A stretch of DNA of 64,000 bases from the NCBI GenBank assembly GCA_034423035.1, contig DAOUJF010000004.1, forward strand, positions 969 through 64,968, given 5' to 3'. A model generated the notes under the pieces. The model was not told where the DNA came from, made no database searches, and saw only the letters and a program-made list of their open reading frames with translations. A program made the translations under genes and the position numbers. This document shows positions 18,753-27,801 of the stretch, piece by piece (position 1 is the first letter of the stretch; every line of letters begins with the position of its first letter). Source of the stretch: Dehalococcoidia bacterium (GTDB taxonomy: Bacteria; Chloroflexota; Dehalococcoidia; Lucifugimonadales; VXLM01).

Positions 18753-19460
18753 CTAATCCGCGAACCCGTCAGGCCACCATTCCGGCCAAACCGACTCACC
18801 TTGGTAGGGAGATCGAGGATCCCAGAAGCTTCGCGTTTGAATCGTCAGGTCGCGAATGTTTGGACGGTCAAGCTCTTCAGGTAACGGAAGGATCCTCCCA
18901 GGAACGCCGATGACGAAGCTGCGTGGCGGAATGTCCTTCGTTACTACCGCTCCGCCAGCGATGAAGCTGCCTTCGCCGATGGTGATGTCCGGCATTACGG
19001 TAACGCCCCCTCCGATCATCACGTCGTCCTCGATGGTCGCGCCTCTTGGCGTGGGCATCGGCTCGATACGGCCGGGAAAGCGATCGTTGGTGAAGGTGAC
19101 ACCCGGACCGATGAACACGTGGTCGCCAACCCACGTCCGAGAAGGGATGTACACATGCGACATCACCCGCACGCCCTTGCCGAACCTCACGATGCCCTCT
19201 ATCGTCGACTGGTTCATCAGGGTGCAGTAGTCGCCCATCTTGACGAGCGCTCGTACAACCGAGTTGTACCCGGCCTGGAAGTGATCGCCGATCCGCGTGT
19301 CACCGTAGATCACCGATCCCCTTCGGATCATGCAGTCCTTGCCCAGCACGGCAGGCCCGCACTCTTCGTGGTACCGAAATCCGATGTCCACGCCCGGCTC
19401 AATAAGGGTGCCCTCACCTATCTCAGCGTTTACGAAATTGCTTGCGCTTATGGTATCCAT
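18753..19460 (-). CDS. Left-handed beta-helix (hexapeptide-repeat) acyl/acetyltransferase
   Basis: Hexapeptide repeats throughout. Start moved to MDTISASNF… (GGAGGA 5 nt upstream). The tracked N-terminal extension to 19613 runs into a MITE-like repeat. Confidence 0.8.
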   Translation of the reverse strand: MDTISASNFVNAEIGEGTLIEPGVDIGFRYHEECGPAVLGKDCMIRRGSVIYGDTRIGDHFQAGYNSVVRALVKMGDYCTLMNQSTIEGIVRFGKGVRVMSHVYIPSRTWVGDHVFIGPGVTFTNDRFPGRIEPMPTPRGATIEDDVMIGGGVTVMPDITIGEGSFIAGGAVVTKDIPPRSFVIGVPGRILPLPEELDRPNIRDLTIQTRSFWDPRSPYQGESVWPEWWPDGFAD

Positions 19461-19513
19461 CCAGTCCTCCGGATTCCCACTAAGGTAGTTGCGGAAGGAT
19501 ACCACGCGGGCCT

Positions 19514-19673
19514 GTAAGTGTTCAGACTTCGTATGGGCGCACATCGCACACAGCCCACCGTCATTCCGGCGAAAGAACGTCACCCCGTACCCCGATACGG
19601 AACGGGAATCCAATCCCCTCTCCTGTTCGGGTTAGGGTGATTTTTCTTCCCCTTACGAACTCTGAACAATTAC
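19514..19673. repeat. MITE-like element, copy A (inverted relative to copies B and C)
   Basis: TIRs are gtaagtgttcagacttcgtatg (19514-19535) and cttacgaactctgaacaattac (19652-19673). The internal core is caccgtcattccggcgaa…cccgtaccccgatacgg. Confidence 0.7.
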
Positions 19674-19723
19674 ACAGGCATGCCTTTGTTGACTGCCCCC
19701 TACCCCATTGCTACGCTTGACCG

Positions 19724-21193
19724 ATGAGCAATTGGCTTCGCGCGGTGTCGGTGATGTTTCTCGCCCTGATAGTCCTTTCGGGGTGCGGGCAAGAGGAACA
19801 TTCTTTGAGGCCTGTGCCGATCGACCCGTCCGACGTTAAGACAGTCACGTTTAGCGACCAGGGTTTTGCACCACTGCGGCTCGAGATCGAGGTGGGCCAA
19901 ACGGTGCGGTTCCGCAACGCATCGGAGACCTTCTTCTGGCCGGCTTCGAACATCCACCCAACGCACCAGATATACCCGGAGTTCGATGCCGGGGCGCCTG
20001 TCGAGGCCGGCAAGACGTGGACTTTCACCTTTGACCGTCCCGGCTTCTGGCGGTACCACAACCATCTGGGCCCGGAGCGCAGTGGGCTGGTAGTGGTAAC
20101 GGGCGACTCGGTCGAGCCGCCCGCCCCTCTCGTTCTTACCTCCGAGGGACTGTCATTCGGCACGCCGTCTGACCTGTCTCTCTCGCAATACATGGAGCTC
20201 TACGAGAGCGACAACGCGATGAGGAGGTTTCTGCGCGACTACGGACCATCTGAGACCGTGAGGGCGTTGCTGGAAGGGTCCATACGCACGAATGCCGACT
20301 GCCATCAGCGGGCACACGATGCCGGTCGAGTGGCCTACGAACTGTTCGGGGCTGCCGCCTTCTACCTGGCGAGTCACGAATGCCAGGCGGGATCATACCA
20401 CGGAGCGACCGAGGCGCTCTTCCATGACCGTGGAACCGTCAATCTGCGTGAGGACGTTTCCGTGCTGTGCAGCTACGCCAACGTCTCGTTCTACTACCTT
20501 CAGTGTTTGCACGGTGTCGGCCATGGCCTCATGGCGTGGACCAGCTATGAACTGCATGACGCGCTCTCGCTGTGCGAGGAGCTCGACACGCCATCAGACC
20601 ACCGGGCCTGCTACTCGGGCGTCTTCATGGAGAACGTCATCGGGGGCCTTTCGGGACTCATGGGACACGTGACCGAGTACCTGTCCGACGACCCCCACTA
20701 CCCCTGCAACTCCTTGGACGCGAAGTACGTGCAGATGTGCTACTTCTATCAGAGCACCCGCATGATGATCCTCTACGAAAACGACCTTGCCAGAGTGGCG
20801 GAAACCTGTGCCACAGCGCCCGAAGAGGCCCACCATTACTGTTTCCGAAGTCTCGGCCGCGACGTGGGCGGCTTCACGGTCGGTGATCCCGCGCGGGCCC
20901 TGGAACTGTGTGGCCTTGCCGATGATCCGAAGAACCGGGCTTACTGTATCGAGGGAGCGGTGCAAAACAGGTTCTGGGATGTAGCAGGAGCCGATGAAGC
21001 GCTCAGTATGTGCGCGATGTCTTCCGACCAAGGGGACCGCTTTGCTTGCTATCAAACCATCGTCTTCCGCGCTCAAGAGCTCTACGAGAGCGAAGATGCG
21101 TTTGCAGCGTTCTGCAGCCGCGTGGACGAGAGCTTCAGGGCGTGGTGCCTGAGCAAGGAGCTAACCCGGGTTGGAAATGAGACTCGGAAGTGA
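19724..21193 (+). CDS. Predicted lipoprotein with an N-terminal cupredoxin-like domain and a Cys/His-rich C-terminal region
   Basis: Lipobox LIVLSGC. A cupredoxin-like segment (…LEIEVGQTVRFRN…HPTH…WRYHNHL…) is followed by ~350 aa with recurrent C…HG / C…G motifs. Confidence 0.6.
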   Translation: MSNWLRAVSVMFLALIVLSGCGQEEHSLRPVPIDPSDVKTVTFSDQGFAPLRLEIEVGQTVRFRNASETFFWPASNIHPTHQIYPEFDAGAPVEAGKTWTFTFDRPGFWRYHNHLGPERSGLVVVTGDSVEPPAPLVLTSEGLSFGTPSDLSLSQYMELYESDNAMRRFLRDYGPSETVRALLEGSIRTNADCHQRAHDAGRVAYELFGAAAFYLASHECQAGSYHGATEALFHDRGTVNLREDVSVLCSYANVSFYYLQCLHGVGHGLMAWTSYELHDALSLCEELDTPSDHRACYSGVFMENVIGGLSGLMGHVTEYLSDDPHYPCNSLDAKYVQMCYFYQSTRMMILYENDLARVAETCATAPEEAHHYCFRSLGRDVGGFTVGDPARALELCGLADDPKNRAYCIEGAVQNRFWDVAGADEALSMCAMSSDQGDRFACYQTIVFRAQELYESEDAFAAFCSRVDESFRAWCLSKELTRVGNETRK

Positions 21194-21359
21194 AGGAATT
21201 CGCAATCATGAGGTTTATAATCTCACCTATCCGACTACGTGCGATAGAGAACCTGGATGGAATATTGACAGTTCCCCTCTGCGTTCATAGACTTACAGCC
21301 GACTTCGACACTCGTAGTTTACGAGTCTCCCAAGACGGGCAATCTCAACGAGGCCCTCT

Positions 21360-22118
21360 ATGACCGAATACCCTGAGCAAGAGTCCATCGGAAGGAAGAT
21401 TGCCCGGCACATACGCAGCACGCTCATCGCGGGTGTGCTTATCCTCGTTCCCATCGCAATTACCTATGTGCTGGTGGTTTGGGTCTTCAACAGCATCGAT
21501 GGGCTTCTTCAGCCCCTGCTGGAGAGTATCACCGATCGTCATATACCCGGTCTTGGCTTGCTCGCCCTGATCATAATGGTCTATATCCTAGGACTCATCT
21601 GGACCAAGCGACTTGGCCGTCGAACGATCCGTACGCTCCAGCACTTCTTGCTCAAGATCCCCCTGATCGGGGCGGTGTACGGCCCGGCCAGGAAGCTCAT
21701 CGAGTCGTTCACGGGAGAGAGCACGGCGGGATTCAAGAGGGTGGTCGTGGTCGAATACCCGAAGCAGGGCACCTGGATGATCGGGTTCCTCACGGGCATT
21801 GCCAACGTCGTGCCGGGCACGACCATGGGGGTGATTTATCTACCCACGGCGCCCACTCCGAATTCGGGGTGGGTCGCGATGGTGCCAATCCAGAACATCT
21901 ACGACACGACGATGACCGTTCAGGAGGCAATGACGATGGTGCTGTCCGGCGGGATATCATCGCCGGTGCAGATAGACCTCAAGCCGATGGACCCCCTCGA
22001 GGTGGCAGAGTTCGCGATGGTCGGATCGGAAGGAGCCACGCCCACGGTCAGACCCGAATCGGGAGTCTTCAACCTGCCTTTCATCAGCCGTGATGACGAA
22101 AGCGAAGAGAGTAGGTGA
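21360..22118 (+). CDS. DUF502-family membrane protein
   Basis: 252 aa with two N-terminal TM helices and DUF502-like sequence (…LILVPIAITYVLVVWVFNSIDGLL…FKRVVVVEYP…GWVAMVP). Confidence 0.7.
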   Translation: MTEYPEQESIGRKIARHIRSTLIAGVLILVPIAITYVLVVWVFNSIDGLLQPLLESITDRHIPGLGLLALIIMVYILGLIWTKRLGRRTIRTLQHFLLKIPLIGAVYGPARKLIESFTGESTAGFKRVVVVEYPKQGTWMIGFLTGIANVVPGTTMGVIYLPTAPTPNSGWVAMVPIQNIYDTTMTVQEAMTMVLSGGISSPVQIDLKPMDPLEVAEFAMVGSEGATPTVRPESGVFNLPFISRDDESEESR

Positions 22119-22124
22119 CTTAAT

Positions 22125-22721
22125 ATGGGAGTTGATGCCAACAAAGTCCGACTGACGGGAGAGAACTCGTTTCTGCGATTAGGTGAGTCAGCCGAGGCCG
22201 ACCCTACGACCAGCAACAGTCATTGGCGAATCGTTCACTCGCCAAAAGGGCCGGGACACGTCCTTTTTACCAAGGGCGAGTTGACGGGTGATGAGGCCCG
22301 CATCTATTCCGACAACATCGACATGGCCCGCTGGCTTCAGGAAGGTGTGCAAGCCTCCATGGGCGACCAATATGCCGGTGACATACCGATCATCGAGGCC
22401 GACTTTTGGAAGTCGGGCGACACCCTTTCGTTCTGGACCGAGTACGTCGAGTCCCGCGACGATCACATCACCCTGACCTGGTACGACCTCGGAGAGCCGG
22501 TGATGGTTGCCAATCCACCCGGTGAGAAGGAAGGGCAGCCCCACGGAGTGTACGGCCTGCTCATACCGGCAGGACGCGCCCAAATGACGGTGAATGGCGT
22601 CGTTGCATCAGGCAAGGCCCACCCGCGACCTCTCGATGACTCCACCAACATCAGCACCTGCTGCATCGCACTTTCGGAAACGTGGACCATTCCGCGATAC
22701 CACGAGTGGGCATGCGAGTGA
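22125..22721 (+). CDS. Hypothetical protein
   Basis: 198-aa ORF with AGGTGA 7 nt upstream. No recognised motifs. Confidence 0.5.
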   Translation: MGVDANKVRLTGENSFLRLGESAEADPTTSNSHWRIVHSPKGPGHVLFTKGELTGDEARIYSDNIDMARWLQEGVQASMGDQYAGDIPIIEADFWKSGDTLSFWTEYVESRDDHITLTWYDLGEPVMVANPPGEKEGQPHGVYGLLIPAGRAQMTVNGVVASGKAHPRPLDDSTNISTCCIALSETWTIPRYHEWACE

Positions 22722-22731
22722 GGGGTTCGTT

Positions 22732-23925
22732 CTAGGGAGCCACACCAGGGTCTGGTTCTCTATCGGGCCGCCGTCGCTGTGCCTCGAGCCACTTGCGCTT
22801 CTGGTCCCGCCGGGTCTTCTCATCGGGCGGCACAAAACGCGCGTGGAACGCCGCGCGATACCCTTCGAAGGCGCCGTCACGGATGGCCGCGCGCATCTCC
22901 TCCATCAGGCGCAGTATGAACCGTACGTTGTGGATCGTTGCCAGACGGAATGCCAGCAGCTCGTTGGCCCGGAAGAGGTGGTGGACGTATCCTGCAGTGA
23001 AGGTCCGGCAAGCATAGCAGTCGCAGTCCTCCTCTATCGGCGATTGCAGGTCTCGGAAGCGCGCCGAGTCCACGTTAATGCGACCCTCGCGAACGAACAG
23101 CGCACCATTGCGAGCGATTCGGGTGGGCAGCACGCAGTCGAACATGTCGATGCCGCGCGCCACGGATTCGACAAGATCCTCGGGAGAGCCGACTCCCATG
23201 AGGTAGCGTGGGCGGTCCGAGGGCAGCAGCTCCGTGGTGTGCCCGACCGTCTCCATCATCTCGCGCTTGGACTCCCCAACGCTGAGTCCGCCCAATGCGT
23301 ACCCAGGGAAGTCCAGTGCCGTGATCTGCGTGGCAGACCTCTCTCGGAGATCGGGGAATGTCCCACCCTGAACAATGCCGAACAGCATCTGATCGTCTCG
23401 CGCTTGGGCGTCACGGCATCGCTCTGCCCATCGGGCTGTCTGCTCAACGGCGGCAGCCACACCGACGCGGTCGCTGCCTCCCGGAGCGCAAACGTCAATG
23501 GGCATGATAACGTCGGCCCCGATGCCCTCCTGGTGCGCAATGACCGATTCGGGACTGAACATGTGCTTGCTGCCGTCGATGTGGGACTTGAATTCGATAC
23601 CCTCCTCGCTCATGGTCCTCAAGTGCTCGAGACTGAATCCCTGAAATCCTCCGCTGTCGGTCAGCGTGGGGCCGTTCCATGCCATAAACGAGGCAAGGCC
23701 TCCCGAGTCCCGCACTGACTCAACCCCTGGGCGCAGATACAGATGGTACGTGTTGCCCAAGAGAATCGTTGCACCAATCGCGCGAAGGTCATTCGGGTCG
23801 ATGGCTTTCACCGAGCCCTGGGTCGCAACAGGCATGAAGGCCGGCGTAGCTACGTCGCCATGCTGTGTATGGAGCGTCCCAAGTCGGGCCTTGCCGTCCT
23901 TCCTGTGAAGTGTGAAATTGGTCAT
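22732..23925 (-). CDS. tgt: Queuine tRNA-ribosyltransferase (tRNA-guanine transglycosylase)
   Basis: 397 aa. …ARLGTLHTQHGDVATPAFMPVATQGSVK…LGNTYHLYLRPG…DSGGFQ… and the Zn-site C-x-C-x2-C are all typical of Tgt. Confidence 0.95.
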   Translation of the reverse strand: MTNFTLHRKDGKARLGTLHTQHGDVATPAFMPVATQGSVKAIDPNDLRAIGATILLGNTYHLYLRPGVESVRDSGGLASFMAWNGPTLTDSGGFQGFSLEHLRTMSEEGIEFKSHIDGSKHMFSPESVIAHQEGIGADVIMPIDVCAPGGSDRVGVAAAVEQTARWAERCRDAQARDDQMLFGIVQGGTFPDLRERSATQITALDFPGYALGGLSVGESKREMMETVGHTTELLPSDRPRYLMGVGSPEDLVESVARGIDMFDCVLPTRIARNGALFVREGRINVDSARFRDLQSPIEEDCDCYACRTFTAGYVHHLFRANELLAFRLATIHNVRFILRLMEEMRAAIRDGAFEGYRAAFHARFVPPDEKTRRDQKRKWLEAQRRRPDREPDPGVAP

Positions 23926-24182
23926 AGTGCGTTAGCCGTGTGCGCAGCTTCCCTTACGGATGGATACCGTTCGCATTCGTCGTCATTATAGGACAGACGC
24001 GCATGGCGGTGGCGCTTGGAGAAATGGTCGGTAATTCGGTAGATGACGTGGTCTGTGAGGAAAGTTGGTATGTGGGACTATGCGTCAATCGTGTCAAATG
24101 TGTGGCAAGCTAGCTGAGCAATGGCGGGAACGCCGAACCTCCGACAGGATTCCAAGCATAAGCTCTCCCTGGCGGAGGCATT

Positions 24183-24247
24183 ACGTCACCCCCGTATCAA
24201 GTATGGGACAGGCTCTAGCCCTCGCCCACGCCAGAAGAGGGGAGTTG
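24183..24247. repeat. Solo double-hairpin element related to the MITE core
   Basis: acgtcacccccgta-tcaag-tatggg hairpin followed by ccctc…gaggg. It shares the string acgtcacccc(c)gta with MITE copy A. Confidence 0.4.
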
Positions 24248-24320
24248 TAGGAAGGTCTGCGACCGCCGGGGGACTCTCTATTAGGTATCAGACATCGTAG
24301 GATCTAAATTCAGTTTTTTT

Positions 24321-24350
24321 TGTAACATTCTGTAACACTTTGTAACATCT
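24321..24350. repeat. Three tandem 10-bp units tgtaacaYNY (tgtaacattc / tgtaacactt / tgtaacatct) preceded by a T8 run
   Basis: Exact 10-bp phasing at 24321, 24331 and 24341 in the tgt/alaS divergent intergenic region. Confidence 0.8.
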
Positions 24351-24570
24351 CGTAGCTACTTCGGTGAGGGCGCATGGTGGAGAACAACCCTCCGTCCCGT
24401 AAGACCACAGTCTTCGCCGGGTACCCAGTTCCTTGCTGAATACAGGTCAATAGTAGACCATACGTTCTCGTGCGTCAAGTCCGGTGTCTGGGTGTGGGTG
24501 AAAGTAGTAGCAAGGTACGGTTGCCCTTATCTGACGGGGGTAATCGTTTTGGGGCTGAACCTTGATTGAG

Positions 24571-24576
24571 TATAAT
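24571..24576 (+). promoter_or_regulatory. Candidate -10 box (TATAAT) of the alaS promoter
   Basis: Perfect TATAAT 38 nt upstream of the conserved alaS start at 24614; TTGGGG lies 16 nt upstream of it. It sits inside the longer tracked ORF, which argues for the downstream start. Confidence 0.35.
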
Positions 24577-24613
24577 GGTTCTTTCAGATTTGCCATTCAG
24601 AAAGCGAACGCCG

Positions 24614-27274
24614 ATGAACTCGAACGAGATACGCGAACGATTTCTCAGCTACTTTGAATCGCAGGGGCACTCACGGGTTGCCAGCTCCTCGCTGATTCCC
24701 GTCGGAGACCCCACCCTGCTTCTGACCAACGCGGGCATGGTGCAGTTCAAGCCGTACTTTTCCGGTGAGGCAACGCCGCCGAATCGCCGGTTGACATCCT
24801 CTCAAAAGTCCTTCCGAACGGTCGATATCGACGAGGTAGGCGATTCGACCCACCTGACCATGTTCGAGATGCTGGGGAATTTCAGCTTCGGCGACTACTT
24901 CAAGGACGGGGCGATGGGGTTCGCAGTCAACTGCCTGGAAACGGCCATGGGACTGCCGAGAGAGAACTTCGCCGCTACTGTCCATGAGGGCGACGACGAG
25001 GCCTATGAGCTCTGGCAGAAGCACGGCATCCCTGAAGAGCGCGTTTACCGGTTCGGTGACGCCGACAACTGGTGGGGCCCTCCAATTCACGGTGAAGAGG
25101 GGCCATGCGGCCCGTGCGCCGAACTACACTACGACTTCGGCGATGCCCGACCAGGTTGCGGGACGGACGACTGCGGCCCCAACTGCGAGAACGTGAATCC
25201 TGATACCGGCGAAATCTGCGAGCGCTACGTCGAGCTTTGGAACCTCGTTTTCATGCAGTTCTACCGCAATCCGGACGGCAGCATGCCTCCCCTGCCCCAG
25301 ACCGGGATCGACACGGGCATGGGCTTCGAGCGTCTCGTAGTAGTGCTGCAGGACGCCAGGGACATCTACGAGACGGACATTTTCCTACCCTTAATTCGCA
25401 AGGTGGAATCGATTTCCGGTCACAAGTCCGATGAGAGCCCAGAGATGCGGCAGGCGATGCGCGTCGTCGCCGAGCATGGCCGGAGCTCGGCGTTTCTCAT
25501 CGCCGACGGCGTGGTCCCCTCCAATGACGGGCGAGGCTACGTACTCAGGCGGCTGGTACGAAGGGCCATTCGTCACGCCCGAAGGCTGGGAATGGACGAT
25601 CCGTTCCTTGGCGAGATAGCGGACGCCGTAACCGACATCATGGGGGACGCTTACCCGGAACTCCGAAACAACCGCGATTTCGTGCAGACGGTCATCAAAC
25701 TGGAGGAAGAGCGCTTCCTCTCCGTCTTTCAAAACGGCTACGCGATGCTGAACGACGCTCTTGAGGGAGCGGACTCCCTAACTGGAGAGACGGCCTTTCG
25801 GCTGTGGGACACGTACGGATTTCCGATTGAGATGACCCAGGAAATCGCAGAGGAAAGTAGCGTCGGCGTGGACATGGAGGGATTCGAGAGCCACATGGCC
25901 GAACAGCGTGAGCGAGCGCGCGCAGGCGCGACGTTCGGCGCAGACCGCACGAAGATACGGCAGTACGAGAGCCTTGGCGTCGGTGGCGTGAATTTCCTTG
26001 GATACGAGTCGCTGGTGTCTCACTCCGTGGCAGTCGGCATGATTTCAGGCGGCGAGGTCGTGGGTGAAGTCAGCGAGGGAGACGAGGTCGAGATCGCCTT
26101 GGTCGAAACGTCGTTCTACCCAGAGGGCGGAGGCCAGATTGGCGACGCGGGCGAGATGATCGGCCCTGAGGGCAAGATCGTCATCCACGACACGCAGAGA
26201 GTAATGCCCGACCTTATCATGCACTTCGGCAAGGTTACCCAAGGAAGAGTTGCGCTGGGGCAGACGATCGACGCCTACGTCGATCCCGTACGTCGGGAAG
26301 ATACCGCAAGGAATCACACGGCTACGCACCTGCTTCACGCGGCGTTGAGGGAAGTGCTCGGGGCACATGTTCGACAGGCCGGTTCGCTCGTGGCCCCTGA
26401 CAGGCTCCGCTTCGACTTCTCCCATGTCGAACCCGTGACGCCCGAAGAGATGCGGCAAATTCAGTTCCTTGTGAATGAAAAGATTCGCCACAACGCTACC
26501 GTAACCAAGTCGGAAGACAGGTACTCCAACGCCATCGAGCGCGGCGCACTGGCATTCTTCGGCGATAAGTACGAGGACACCGTACGCCTCATCGAGATCG
26601 CAAACGGCGCCACGTTCAGTTTCGAGGTCTGCGGCGGCACGCACGTGGCGCGGACGGGGGAACTCGGCTCAGTCTTCGTGCTTGGAGAATCGAGTATCGG
26701 GGCGGGAATGCGCCGAATCGAGGCCACGAGCGGACGGGGGGCGGAACGCGTCGTCAATGAGCGAATTCATGCGACGAACGCCGTGGCCACCAAGCTCCAG
26801 ACCCCGATAGCCGATATCGAAGGACGAATCGACGGGCTGCTCGACGAACTGTCCCATCTGCGTCGTGAGAAGGAGACACTTGAGCGCAAGCTATCGCTCA
26901 CATCTGCAAGCGACCTGCTGGATGGACAGGAGGAAGTCGGAGGCGTTTCCGTCTTGGCAGCTCAAGTAGATGCCGCGAACGTGGACGCCATGCGGGAAAT
27001 GGGTGACTGGCTCCGAGACAAGATGGGCAGCGGCGTTGTCGTCCTGGGGTCCGTCATAAACGACCGTCCCCTGCTCATATCGATGGTTACCCCCGATCTT
27101 CGTTCGTCCGGGCTGGACGCTTCCCAGATAGTTCGTGGCGCGGCCAAGGTTATCGGGGGCGGTGGAGGTGGACGGCCCGATACCGCGCAGGCAGGGGGAC
27201 GAGACGCATCCAAGCTTGGCGACGCGCTCGGTCTCGTGCCCAGCCTTGTAGAAGAGCAGATGGGCCAAGATTGA
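24614..27274 (+). CDS. alaS: Alanine--tRNA ligase
   Basis: Start at MNSNEIRERFLSYFESQGH. Contains class II AlaRS motifs, the editing-domain HxxxH/CxxxH (…TATHLLHAALR…CGGTHV…) and a C-terminal DHHA1 region. Confidence 0.97.
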   Translation: MNSNEIRERFLSYFESQGHSRVASSSLIPVGDPTLLLTNAGMVQFKPYFSGEATPPNRRLTSSQKSFRTVDIDEVGDSTHLTMFEMLGNFSFGDYFKDGAMGFAVNCLETAMGLPRENFAATVHEGDDEAYELWQKHGIPEERVYRFGDADNWWGPPIHGEEGPCGPCAELHYDFGDARPGCGTDDCGPNCENVNPDTGEICERYVELWNLVFMQFYRNPDGSMPPLPQTGIDTGMGFERLVVVLQDARDIYETDIFLPLIRKVESISGHKSDESPEMRQAMRVVAEHGRSSAFLIADGVVPSNDGRGYVLRRLVRRAIRHARRLGMDDPFLGEIADAVTDIMGDAYPELRNNRDFVQTVIKLEEERFLSVFQNGYAMLNDALEGADSLTGETAFRLWDTYGFPIEMTQEIAEESSVGVDMEGFESHMAEQRERARAGATFGADRTKIRQYESLGVGGVNFLGYESLVSHSVAVGMISGGEVVGEVSEGDEVEIALVETSFYPEGGGQIGDAGEMIGPEGKIVIHDTQRVMPDLIMHFGKVTQGRVALGQTIDAYVDPVRREDTARNHTATHLLHAALREVLGAHVRQAGSLVAPDRLRFDFSHVEPVTPEEMRQIQFLVNEKIRHNATVTKSEDRYSNAIERGALAFFGDKYEDTVRLIEIANGATFSFEVCGGTHVARTGELGSVFVLGESSIGAGMRRIEATSGRGAERVVNERIHATNAVATKLQTPIADIEGRIDGLLDELSHLRREKETLERKLSLTSASDLLDGQEEVGGVSVLAAQVDAANVDAMREMGDWLRDKMGSGVVVLGSVINDRPLLISMVTPDLRSSGLDASQIVRGAAKVIGGGGGGRPDTAQAGGRDASKLGDALGLVPSLVEEQMGQD

Positions 27275-27687
27275 GGATACTGGCGCTTGACGTTGGAGAC
27301 AAACGTATCGGCGTCGCCGTCAGCGACCCGTTGGGCGTCCTTGCGTCGCCCCTGACCACTATCGAACGTAGTTCGGACGCCTCCTCCATCGACGCAATCC
27401 TGGAGGTTCTGGGCCGAGAGGAAGCGGCTGAACTCGTTGTAGGTATGCCAATCTCGCTCAGGGGTGGACACAGTGCTCAGACGAATTCCGTTGCCGCGTT
27501 CGTGCGCAAGCTCGAGGAACGTTCCCCTGTCCCTGTGACCACGGCGGACGAGAGGTATTCCACCGTTGAGGCCGAGCGACTCCTGAGCCAGTCCAAGCCC
27601 ACGAGGTCGCGGAGCCGCGGCGAGATCGACGCAGCAGCAGCGGCGGTCATTTTGCAGACCTATCTCGATAGTCGATCTTCCATCTAG
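27271..27687 (+). CDS. ruvX: Holliday-junction resolvase-like nuclease RuvX/YqgF
   Basis: 138 aa. MRILALDVGDKRIGVAVSD… is typical of YqgF. 4-nt overlap with alaS. Confidence 0.9.
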   Translation: MRILALDVGDKRIGVAVSDPLGVLASPLTTIERSSDASSIDAILEVLGREEAAELVVGMPISLRGGHSAQTNSVAAFVRKLEERSPVPVTTADERYSTVEAERLLSQSKPTRSRSRGEIDAAAAAVILQTYLDSRSSI

Positions 27688-27801
27688 TCGTGGCCAATCG
27701 GCGGGCTGCTTTGGCCCCTACCCCACTCCTTTGAGTCCCAGGGTCCCAAAGTTCGTCGATGCCGTCTGATATACTACGGCCACATTGATCCGGGACACCT
27801 G

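Noticed and set aside
19461-19613. N-terminal 51 codons of the tracked acetyltransferase ORF
   Set aside because: It reads through MITE copy A. The strong SD site precedes the internal Met at 19460.
22594-23718. 374-aa + strand ORF
   Set aside because: It is fully antisense to tgt, which has unmistakable family motifs. The composition is typical of a GC-rich shadow ORF.
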